DNA of 64,000 nucleotides from an uncultured delta proteobacterium. GTDB lineage: Bacteria > Myxococcota_A > Polyangia > Polyangiales > JAFGIB01. The notes beneath the pieces are model-generated. The model worked only from the letters and a program-made list of their open reading frames with translations. It searched no databases and was not told the origin of the DNA. The stretch lies in NCBI GenBank assembly GCA_963778655.1, contig CAVZVA010000010.1, positions 1,576,924 through 1,640,923 on the forward strand, in the 5' to 3' direction. Below, one piece after another: positions 46,588 to 54,588 of the stretch; the stretch's first letter is position 1; each line of letters begins with the position of its first letter. Both the position numbers and the translations under genes were made by a program.

Positions 46588-47889
46588 ATGCGACGACGCG
46601 CTTTCTTGGCAGCTCTTGGCGCCTCCGCTCTCGCACCCGTCCTGTGCCGCAAGAGCGCGCTCGGCCTGCCCGTTGCGCGCGCGCAAAGCGCCCCGCCCCC
46701 GCCCGCCAAGCGGCTGGTGATCTTCTTCTCGCCCAACGGAACGGTACCCAATCGTTACTGGCCGGACGGAGAGGGCGCCAGCTTCACCTTCGCGCCCGGC
46801 TCGATCCTGGAGCCGCTCAGCGTGGTGCAGCCGCGGCTGCTGCTGCTCTCCGGGATCGACTTCAAGGGCGTCGCGAACCACGAGGGTGGCATGGAGAACA
46901 TGCTCACCGGCGGCGGCGCCTCCACCCCGAGCCAGGGCCAATCGGTCGACCAGTACATCGCGAGCAAGCTGCCTGCCGACACGCCCTACGCCTCGCTCGA
47001 GCTCGGGGTGGAGACCGACGCCTGGGGCGGCACCGTGCAGACGCGCATGCTCTACGCGCCCGGTCACACCTTCGTCCACCCCGACCAGGACCCGGTCAGC
47101 GTGTACAAGCGCCTGTTCGGCGGCCAGGACAGCTCGATGTCGATGCCCCAGCTCGACGCCGCCATGCAAAAGAAGCAGAGCGTGCTCGACTTGCTGCGCG
47201 GCGAGCTCACGGACCTGCGCGACAAGGTGGGCGCCGAGGAGCAGAACAAGCTCGACGCGCACCTGGATGCGCTGCGGCGCATGGAGACCTCGCTGCTCGG
47301 CCCCGCGCAGAGCAACGGCTGCGTGGCGCCCGCGGCGCCGATGCAGCTCGACCCCAACGCGCACCCCAACTTCGACAAGATTACGCGCAGCCAGACCGAT
47401 CTGATGGTCAGCGCGCTCGGCTGTGGGCTCACGCGCGTGGCCACGCTGCAGCTTTCCCACACCGTGGGCCCGCACGTGTTCTCGTGGCTCGGATTGCAAG
47501 AAGGCCATCACACGCTCTCGCACTCCGACGACACCAACACCGACGGCGTCGCGCAGTACGTCAAGGCCGAGCGCTGGATCGCCGAGCAGTTCGCATACCT
47601 GGTGCAGCAGCTCGACGCGCTGCCGGAGCCCGGCGCCGACGGCAGCATGCTCGATCACACGCTGCTGGTGTGGGCCAAGGAGCTGGCGGACGGCCGCCTG
47701 CACAACTGCGAGTCGGTGCCGTTCGTGCTGGCCGGCGCGACCGGCTTCCTCACGACCGGCCGCTATCTCAAGCTCGGCGGCGAGCCGCACCAGAAGCTGC
47801 TGGTCTCGCTGTGCCAGGGCATGGGCCTCGATAACGCGACCTTCGGCGATCCGTCGGTGGGCCAGGGGCCGCTCGAGGGGCTGTCGTGA
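46588..47889 (+). CDS. DUF1552 family protein with twin-arginine signal (paralog of 28453..30006)
   Basis: ATG 46588 follows GGAG. 'MRRRAFLAALGASALAPVL'. 'GLTRVATLQLSHTVGPHVFSWLGLQEGHHTLSHSDD' parallels the first copy. Confidence 0.7.
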   Translation: MRRRAFLAALGASALAPVLCRKSALGLPVARAQSAPPPPAKRLVIFFSPNGTVPNRYWPDGEGASFTFAPGSILEPLSVVQPRLLLLSGIDFKGVANHEGGMENMLTGGGASTPSQGQSVDQYIASKLPADTPYASLELGVETDAWGGTVQTRMLYAPGHTFVHPDQDPVSVYKRLFGGQDSSMSMPQLDAAMQKKQSVLDLLRGELTDLRDKVGAEEQNKLDAHLDALRRMETSLLGPAQSNGCVAPAAPMQLDPNAHPNFDKITRSQTDLMVSALGCGLTRVATLQLSHTVGPHVFSWLGLQEGHHTLSHSDDTNTDGVAQYVKAERWIAEQFAYLVQQLDALPEPGADGSMLDHTLLVWAKELADGRLHNCESVPFVLAGATGFLTTGRYLKLGGEPHQKLLVSLCQGMGLDNATFGDPSVGQGPLEGLS

Positions 47890-49928
47890 CGCGCGCGGCG
47901 CGGCTCGCGGCGCGCCTTCTGCCCTGGGCCTGCCTGCTGTCGTTGTCCTGTCAGGGCAAGCCGGCCAGCCACGTGATCGTGCCCGGCGGCAAGTCCGGCG
48001 CGCCCGCCAGCGCGAGCGCGGCCGCCGCCGCGGCCACCTGCGTCGACCCCACCCGCACCGGGCCGCGTATGCTGCGGCGGCTGTCGCGCTTCGAGTACGA
48101 CAACACGATCGAGGACTTGCTGGGCGTGCGGCCCGACGCCGAGAAGAGCTTCGCGGCCGACACCGTGGTCAACGGCTTCGACGACAACGCCAAAGCGCTG
48201 CGCGTCACGCCGCTGCTCGGCGACCAGCTCTACACCTCGGCCGAGCAACTCGCGGCCCAGGCCGTACAGAAGCTGGACCAGCTCGCCCCCTGCGCCGCCA
48301 AGGGCGGCGACCAGAGCTGCGCCGAGCAGCTGATCCGAGGCTTCGGCCGGCGGCTGTTCCGGCGCCCGCCGACCGACGTCGAGGTCGCCCGCTACCTCGA
48401 TCTGTACGCGCTGGGCAGCGCGGACGGCGGCTTCAGCGCGGGCGTGCAGCTGGTGCTGACCGCGCTGCTGCAGTCGCCGAGCTTCCTCTACCGCACCGAG
48501 CTCGGCAGCCAGGTGCAGCCGGGACGCTACGCGCTATCCCAATACGAGCTGGCGACCGAGCTTTCGTACACGCTGACGGGCTCGACCCCGGACGACGCCC
48601 TGCTCGACGCCGCCGACAAGGGCGAGCTGGCGAGCCCCGAGCAGCTCGATGCGCAGGCTGCGCGCCTGATCGACAGCCCGCGCGGCCATCAGCAGCTGGA
48701 GCGCTTCGTGCGCGAGTGGCTGGGCCTGGACGTGCTCGGCTCGGTGCCCAAGGACGCCCAGATCTTCCCCGAGTGGACGCCCGAGATCCGCGCCGCGATG
48801 GCCAGCGAGGTCGACCACTTCGTGGAGCACGTCGCGTTCGAGGGCGACGGCACGCTGGCGCAGCTGCTCACCGCCAAGCTCGCCTTCGTGAACCCGGCGC
48901 TGGCGAGCTTCTACGGCGTGCCGATGCCCGCGAGCCCCGGCGCCGACGGCTTCGGCGCGGTGCCGTCGCCCGACCCGCAGCGCAGCGGCGTGCTCGCGCT
49001 CGGCGGCGTGCTCACCACCTACGCGCGCCCGGACAGCTCCTCGCCGGTGGTGCGCGGCAAGCTGGTGCGCGAGCGGCTGCTGTGCCAGCCGCTGCAGCCG
49101 CCCCCGCCCGGGCTGGTGGTGCAGCCGCCGCCGGTCGACCCCAGCCTGACCGTGCGCCAGCGCTTCGCCGCGCACTCGGTCAAGGAGCCGTGCAAGAGCT
49201 GCCATAGCCTGATCGACCCGATCGGCTACGCGTTCGAGCACTTCGACGGTGTGGGCCGCTTCCGCACGCAGGACGGCGGCCACCCGATCGACGCCAGCGG
49301 CCAGATCATCGACAGCGTGTCGACCGACTCCACGTTCGACGGCGTGCCGCAGCTCGCCGACGTGCTGGCGCACAGCGAGGAGGTGACGCGCTGTGTGGCG
49401 CTGCAGTGGTTCCGCTTCGCCTACGGTCGCAGCGAGGACGACGCGCTGGCCTGCGAGCTGGCGCAGATCCAACAGAGCTTCGTCGACTCGGGCGGCAACC
49501 TGCGCGACATGGTGCTGGCCGCCATCCACACCCTGCACTTCACCACGCGCAGCCAAGATCCGAGCGACGTGGGCACGCCGCCGCCCGCTTCCGCCGCCTT
49601 GCCCGACGCGGGCGCGGGCTCGCTGTCCGATCCGTCCGCCGCGGGCGCAGGCGCCACGCAGCCGGCGGGCCCCGAGACCCCGTACATGGTGCACACCGAC
49701 TCCAGCTGGCAGAGCGGCCACTGCGACTCGGTCACGGTGCAGAACCCCGGCAGCGATGTGCTCGACTGGAGCGTGAAGCTCACCCTCGACGGCAAGCTCA
49801 CCGACCACTGGAGCTCGGTCGCCGACGGCGACAGCGGCGAGGTCACCTTCACCGGCGCCGACTGGAACAAGAGCGTCGCCCCGGGCCAGACCGCCCAGTT
49901 CGGCTACTGCGTCTCGACCGCGGGCTGA
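47886..49928 (+). CDS. multi-DUF CxxCH lipoprotein (paralog of 26786..28456) with extra C-terminal CBM2-like domain
   Basis: GTG 47886 overlaps the upstream stop (GTGA). Lipobox 'LLSLSC'. 'RRLSRFEYDNTIEDLLG' and 'CKSCHSLIDPIGYAFEHFDGVGRFR'. The tail 'SWQSGHCDSVTVQNPGSDVLDWSVKLTLDGKLTDHWSSVADGDSGEVTFTGADWNKSVAPGQTAQFGYCVS' is a CBM2-type pattern. Confidence 0.7.
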   Translation: MTRAARLAARLLPWACLLSLSCQGKPASHVIVPGGKSGAPASASAAAAAATCVDPTRTGPRMLRRLSRFEYDNTIEDLLGVRPDAEKSFAADTVVNGFDDNAKALRVTPLLGDQLYTSAEQLAAQAVQKLDQLAPCAAKGGDQSCAEQLIRGFGRRLFRRPPTDVEVARYLDLYALGSADGGFSAGVQLVLTALLQSPSFLYRTELGSQVQPGRYALSQYELATELSYTLTGSTPDDALLDAADKGELASPEQLDAQAARLIDSPRGHQQLERFVREWLGLDVLGSVPKDAQIFPEWTPEIRAAMASEVDHFVEHVAFEGDGTLAQLLTAKLAFVNPALASFYGVPMPASPGADGFGAVPSPDPQRSGVLALGGVLTTYARPDSSSPVVRGKLVRERLLCQPLQPPPPGLVVQPPPVDPSLTVRQRFAAHSVKEPCKSCHSLIDPIGYAFEHFDGVGRFRTQDGGHPIDASGQIIDSVSTDSTFDGVPQLADVLAHSEEVTRCVALQWFRFAYGRSEDDALACELAQIQQSFVDSGGNLRDMVLAAIHTLHFTTRSQDPSDVGTPPPASAALPDAGAGSLSDPSAAGAGATQPAGPETPYMVHTDSSWQSGHCDSVTVQNPGSDVLDWSVKLTLDGKLTDHWSSVADGDSGEVTFTGADWNKSVAPGQTAQFGYCVSTAG

Positions 49929-50210
49929 GGTGATGCCTTGCTGCGCATGCAGGGCACTGCAGGCGCGGGTAGGTGCAAGGACGACTGATCGAGCCTGGCA
50001 GCGCCGGACATGTGCCAGCCGGGCGCAGTGGCGGCTATGATCTGGTGCAGCGTCGGCGAGATGGGATCAAGGGATCGTGAGTGAGGTGGGCCCGAGCGCA
50101 AGGCGCCGCAGCGCAGTGCTGATCGCAGCGCTGGGACGCGGCCGGAGCGTCCAGGCGGCGGCGAAAGGTGCGGCGTCGCACCGCCGGGGTCGACGCCGGG
50201 AGAGCGAAGC

Positions 50211-51794
50211 ATGAGGGCATTCATCCTTGGCATGGCGTTCCTGCTGGCCTGCGGCTGCGGATCTGGGCGCGGCAGCGCCGATGGTGGGACGAGCTGGCTC
50301 GGCCAGTGCAGCTCGAGCGACGACTGCGGCGACGGGCTGGACTGCACCTGCGGGATCTGCACCAAGTCGTGCCAGAGCAGCGACGAGTGCGATTCGCGCT
50401 CGGGGCACGACGCGGTCTGCAGCGATCCGGCAGGCCTCGACCTGGCGGCTGACTGCGAGCCCGCCGCGAGCAAGGCAGCCTCGCAGATGGTCTGCCTGCA
50501 GTCGTGCGTCGCCGGTCCACAGTGCGGCGCGCGCCAGCGCTGCGTGGACGGCGTGTGCGTGGGCACGCCGATTCCCGGCTCGTCGGTCGCGGTCGACTCG
50601 GGGCTGGCCGATGCCGCAGGCGTGGATGCGGCGGTCGTTCAGAGCGCGGACGCGGGCCAGCCCGACGCGTCCACGCCCGTGCGGCACGACGCCGGCAGCA
50701 CGGTCCCGCCCGGGCCAACGCCGGACGACGACGGCGGTGGGTCCGCGGGGTGCCAGCCGGGCGATTGCTCCGGCGCTCTCGTCTGCCACCTGAACGGGGT
50801 CTGTGCGGCCCCGGGCGCCTCGGACGGCCATATGGTGGTGACGCTCGCGGAGGTGACGGACCGCGACCTCGTGGTCACGGCGGATGCGCAGTTCGTCTAT
50901 GGAGTCGAGTACACCACGGGCGACCAATACCAAGAGGGGCCCGCGATGCTGATGCGCTGGCCAGTTGCGGGGGGACCCGGCGAGCCGATGGCACAGGGCG
51001 CAAGCTTCGTGTTCCCGCGCTCGAGCGTGGAACGCCCCCCGCTGCCGCTAGTGGTCGACCAGGATCACCTGTATTTCGTGGCGGCCACCGCCGCGAGCGA
51101 GCTGAGCGCCTCGCTCTTCGGCATGCCCAAGGACGATTCGGAGCCGCCGACGCGCTACGGCACGGCGGGCAGCTCGCTGGCCCAGGACCAGGATCGGCTC
51201 TACTTCGCCAATGACGGCGATTCGCGCGTGCTGCGCGCGCAGAAGAGCATGCTCGACATGCCGGCGGCACGCGAGCAGATCTTCGACTCGGCTTCGGATG
51301 CGCCGGGCTCGATCGTGGCGCTCGCCGTCAACACAGCATCCGTGTTCGTCACCGAGGTGCCCCCTCACGTGTCGAGCCCCGCGACGGTGTTCACGATCCA
51401 GCGCGTCGACAAGAGCTCGACCATGGCCACGGTGCTCGCCACCAGCGACAAGCTCACCACGCCCGCCGCCCAGACCTTCGCGGACGACGACTACTTCGTG
51501 ATGGTCGGGCTCGACGCCGATCGGATCGATCTAGCGACGCTCGAGGTCAAACCCTTGCCCGGCGGCAACTTCGCCGCGCTGGCCGGCGGTGATCTGGCGG
51601 CCGCGCCCGGCTATCGCACGGACGACGGCGGCTGCTTCGCCGTGCAGCTCGCGAGCGCGACGCGCACCGATCTCTTAACCGACTACCCGTTCTACGTCAC
51701 CTCGCTTGCAGCCGTGCCCGGGACGCTGTTCGCGATCCTCACACCGAACGTCAACGACAGCGCGCGATACCTGGCCCGCGTCACGCTGCCCTGA
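50211..51794 (+). CDS. hypothetical lipoprotein with Cys-rich N-terminal module
   Basis: Lipobox 'MAFLLACGC'. 'CSSSDDCGDGLDCTCGICTKSCQSSDECDS...CLQSCVAGPQCGARQRCVDGVCVG'. The C-terminal ~330 aa has no recognised motif. Confidence 0.55.
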   Translation: MRAFILGMAFLLACGCGSGRGSADGGTSWLGQCSSSDDCGDGLDCTCGICTKSCQSSDECDSRSGHDAVCSDPAGLDLAADCEPAASKAASQMVCLQSCVAGPQCGARQRCVDGVCVGTPIPGSSVAVDSGLADAAGVDAAVVQSADAGQPDASTPVRHDAGSTVPPGPTPDDDGGGSAGCQPGDCSGALVCHLNGVCAAPGASDGHMVVTLAEVTDRDLVVTADAQFVYGVEYTTGDQYQEGPAMLMRWPVAGGPGEPMAQGASFVFPRSSVERPPLPLVVDQDHLYFVAATAASELSASLFGMPKDDSEPPTRYGTAGSSLAQDQDRLYFANDGDSRVLRAQKSMLDMPAAREQIFDSASDAPGSIVALAVNTASVFVTEVPPHVSSPATVFTIQRVDKSSTMATVLATSDKLTTPAAQTFADDDYFVMVGLDADRIDLATLEVKPLPGGNFAALAGGDLAAAPGYRTDDGGCFAVQLASATRTDLLTDYPFYVTSLAAVPGTLFAILTPNVNDSARYLARVTLP

Positions 51795-51796
51795 AT

Positions 51797-51923
51797 GACC
51801 GATCACGATCCGGGAACGGCCATGCCGATCGGTCCTTTAGCGGTGCGGCGGATGCCGCGGCACCGCGAGAGGGTGAATGCGCGAGGCTTTGCCTCGCACA
51901 CAGGGAGTCGGCGCGACTCCCTG
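51797..51923. other. four consecutive stem-loops immediately after the stop of 50211..51794 (terminator cluster or structured RNA)
   Basis: Read directly. (1) gaccgatc(51797-51804)/gatcggtc(51827-51834). (2) 51841-51865, cggtgc...gcaccg with an inner ggc/gcc pair. (3) 51881-51897, gcgaggc-ttt-gcctcgc. (4) 51901-51923, a perfect 10-bp stem cagggagtcg-gcg-cgactccctg. None is followed by a T-tract. Confidence 0.4.
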
Positions 51924-52152
51924 ACAAGCAAAGCAGAAATCAGAGTTTGTGCTTCGATCCCGAATCGCGAGCTCTGATCTGGAGCACCGAACAGGTTGAG
52001 CGCCTATGATTTCCTTCGTCTTTCCCCACATGCGCGGCTTTTCGGGCCGTCCCGTGCTCCTTGAAAGGGGACCTACCCTTCCTGCGTCGCACGAAACGCC
52101 CTGAAGAGCGCTGTCCTGCGCGATCGTCCGCCGCAAAAGGGCGAAACCCAAC

Positions 52153-52911
52153 TCAGAAGCGCGCGCGAACACGCACGCCCGCGCGCGCACCCGATCTACC
52201 CGCGGGGCTCGCGGCCGCCTCGTCCCACTTGATCCGGAGCAGCTCCTGCTCGAGGTAGTCGCGGCGCAGCGCGAGCTCCGCGCGGTCGTGCTGCTTGCGT
52301 TCCAGCCACACCAGGCTGGCGGTGCCGGTGGTGGTGCCCGCCACCACGAACCAACCCGGCCAGGCCGGCGCCGAGCAGCTGTGGCCGCACAGCCCGTAGC
52401 CGAGCCCGACCGACAGCCCCGCCAGCAGGATCGCCGCGCTGGCGGAGGTAGCCAGCCAAGGCAGCAGTAAGCTGCTGCCCGCGCGCTCGCGTTCGACCCG
52501 CGCCAGCGCCGCGCGCAAATCCTGCTTGCGCTTGGCGCGCTCGAGCGCCTCCGTGGATTCGACCTGCGCGTTGGTCGCGCCCACACCGTCTTCGCTGTCC
52601 AGAGGCGGCGTGCTGGTAGCGCCGGCGCTCGTCTGCGCGGGCGCGGTGGGCGCTGCGCTCGCTTGGGCCGGTTGCGCGGGTGCGACCGCTGCGCCCGCAG
52701 CCGCGGGCCGCGCGCGGGCCGCGTCCGCTCCCGACTGCTGCACCGGCTTGGTCGCCGGAGTCGGCGGCTGCGCCGCTGCGTCCTGCGTCGCCGGCTGGGC
52801 CGCTGCGCCCGACTCGGCCGCGCCCTGCTGCGCGCGCGCGGACGTGGTCCACGCCGCCAGCAGCCACGCCGCCGCCGCCCAGGCGAGCCGCCGATCGACG
52901 CGAGCCTCCAT
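52153..52911 (-). CDS. hypothetical secreted/membrane protein (Ala/Pro/Gln-rich, two C-terminal TM segments)
   Basis: Start placed at ATG 52911 ('MEARVDRRLAWAAAAWLLAAWTTSARA', signal-like). TM segments 'LLLPWLATSASAAILLAGLSVGLGYGL' and 'WFVVAGTTTGTASLVWL'. No family recognised. Confidence 0.45.
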   Translation of the reverse strand: MEARVDRRLAWAAAAWLLAAWTTSARAQQGAAESGAAAQPATQDAAAQPPTPATKPVQQSGADAARARPAAAGAAVAPAQPAQASAAPTAPAQTSAGATSTPPLDSEDGVGATNAQVESTEALERAKRKQDLRAALARVERERAGSSLLLPWLATSASAAILLAGLSVGLGYGLCGHSCSAPAWPGWFVVAGTTTGTASLVWLERKQHDRAELALRRDYLEQELLRIKWDEAAASPAGRSGARAGVRVRARF

Positions 52912-52958
52912 CGCCGCCGAGCGTACACCAACTCGCACGGGGCTTCACCGCGCAGCCG

Positions 52959-53618
52959 TCAGGCTCGATCCGCCAGCAGCGCGGCCAGCCGCCTGCGAAA
53001 ATCGGCCGCGCCTTCTGCGCCGGGCGCGTCGCCGGAGGCGTAGCGGATCTGCTCGCCGAAGATCGCGTCGCCGAGCAGCGCGAGCGCGCCGAGCTGGATG
53101 CGAAAGCGGCTGTCCTCGAGCGTGATCCCGTGCTCCGGGTGCGCGCGCACGCGCTGCGCGTGAGAGAGCTCGATCAGCGGTTGCAGCAGCGGCGTCGCGC
53201 CCGGCTTGCGCCGCGTCCTCTTCGCGCGACCCGAGAGGATCAGCCACGCGATCAGGCGGGCGTGGCCTTCCGAGCCGTAGAACTGCGCCAGCATGTCGAG
53301 AATGGCTTCGCGCCCGCCGGCTTCGCGGCCGGCGATGCGCTCGGCCAGCCGCGCGTTCAGGCGCGCGGTCGCGCGTGCGATCACGGCCACGATCAGCTCC
53401 TCGCGGCTGCCGAAGTGGTGCAGGATCGCCGGGTGCGATACGCCGAGCTCGTGCGCCAGCTCGGTCAGGCGCAGGCCTTCCGGACCGACCTCGGCCAGCC
53501 TGCGCTCGGCCGCCTCCAGGATGCGCGCGCGCGCCTGCTCTGCGGTCAGCCGCTTGCGCGCGCGTGCTCCAGGGCGGGCGCGCGTGTGCTTGGGCGGCTC
53601 GGGGCTGCGCGTGGTCAT
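52959..53618 (-). CDS. TetR/AcrR family transcriptional regulator
   Basis: 'ILEAAERRLAEVGPEGLRLTELAHELGVSHPAILHHFGSREELI' is a canonical TetR N-terminal HTH. Confidence 0.85.
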   Translation of the reverse strand: MTTRSPEPPKHTRARPGARARKRLTAEQARARILEAAERRLAEVGPEGLRLTELAHELGVSHPAILHHFGSREELIVAVIARATARLNARLAERIAGREAGGREAILDMLAQFYGSEGHARLIAWLILSGRAKRTRRKPGATPLLQPLIELSHAQRVRAHPEHGITLEDSRFRIQLGALALLGDAIFGEQIRYASGDAPGAEGAADFRRRLAALLADRA

Positions 53619-53732
53619 GGCGCTCGGAGCGCGGGGGCGGGCTGTTGCTTGACCCGGCGCTCAGCATTACTTACAGTCCAGTAAGTAGCAAGCCCCGGCT
53701 CTCGGGCAAAGCAGCGCGGCGCTCGCGCACGG

Positions 53733-54554
53733 ATGGACACGATGGCGCAAAGCACGGCACAGGCAGATACGGTGGGCGCGGTTCTATTTTCCGCGCAGCA
53801 GCTCGCACAGGCACGCGGGCGGCTTGCCGATCGCGGGATCGATCCAGAGTCGGTGCTCGGTCAAAGCGAGCTCGGCGGCGAGATCACGGTGGCCGGCTTC
53901 TACCTGATGCTGGAGAGGATCGCCGCGACCGAGAAGGCCGGACAGAGCCCCACCTTCGCGATGGCCCGCCTGGCGGCGCTCTCCGGCTTGCCGAGTGAGC
54001 TCGCCGACTCGCTCTTCCTCGCCTATAACCAGCAGTCGGCCGAGGAAGCGGGCCACGGCGACAAGGTGTTCGGCAACGCCTTCTACGCCATGGGCGGCTT
54101 CGCCCCGGCCAGCACGCAGAGTGCGGTCGGCAACGGCGCGGGCGCCGCGTTTCCGCCGCCGAGCGACGACAAGAAGCAGAACAAGAAGCGCCTGGGCGGC
54201 ATGGCCGCGTTTCTGGGCGGGATCGAGACCGTGGCGTTGAGCCGTGTGTTCCCGCTGGTGGGCTCGCTGTGCGAGCGCTGGGGCCACCCGATCGGCCAGG
54301 ACCTGTTGCTGCAGATCCGCGACGTGGTGCGTCCCGAGGAGTCGCGCCACGTGTTGATCTGGCGCTACGTGTTCCATCACTTGATCGCGCCCAAGGGCGA
54401 GGCGGTGGTCGACATGTACCTGCAGGCCACCAACGCCGGACGCCGTCAGCTGGCCGCGCCCGAGCTCGACCGCGAGGCGCTGTCGCGTCTGCTCGGCAGC
54501 AGCGCGCCCAGCACCCGGCAGCTGTTGGGCAAGGAGCGCGTGGTCTTCGCCTGA
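53733..54554 (+). CDS. ferritin-like di-iron-carboxylate protein (putative oxygenase/oxidase)
   Basis: Two ExxH motifs about 110 aa apart ('QQSAEEAGHGDKVF' and 'VRPEESRHVLIWRYVFHHL'), preceded by helical segments. Divergent from the TetR gene. Confidence 0.55.
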   Translation: MDTMAQSTAQADTVGAVLFSAQQLAQARGRLADRGIDPESVLGQSELGGEITVAGFYLMLERIAATEKAGQSPTFAMARLAALSGLPSELADSLFLAYNQQSAEEAGHGDKVFGNAFYAMGGFAPASTQSAVGNGAGAAFPPPSDDKKQNKKRLGGMAAFLGGIETVALSRVFPLVGSLCERWGHPIGQDLLLQIRDVVRPEESRHVLIWRYVFHHLIAPKGEAVVDMYLQATNAGRRQLAAPELDREALSRLLGSSAPSTRQLLGKERVVFA

Positions 54555-54588
54555 CGCCCGCGCCCGGCGCCGGCCCAGCTCCGTGGGT

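Noticed and set aside
43741-47790. The longest ORF in the window (1349 aa, minus strand).
   Set aside because: Its translation is Arg/Gly/Ala/His/Asp-rich low complexity with no recognisable motif. Most of its length runs antisense to two plus-strand genes that have clear signal peptides and family motifs. At its far end it overlaps the minus-strand secreted-protein gene out of frame. Long spurious ORFs of this kind are expected at this GC content.
51795-51977. 60-aa ORF 'MTDHDPGTAMPIGPLAVRRMPRHRERVNARGF...' as a small protein gene.
   Set aside because: No RBS, atypical composition for this genome, and it coincides with the stem-loop cluster. A structured non-coding region explains it better.
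51940-51990. tRNA-like T-arm impression ('gcttcgatcccgaatcgc').
   Set aside because: No GTTC/TPsiC-type loop of correct size, no acceptor stem pairing, and no anticodon or D arms can be drawn around it.
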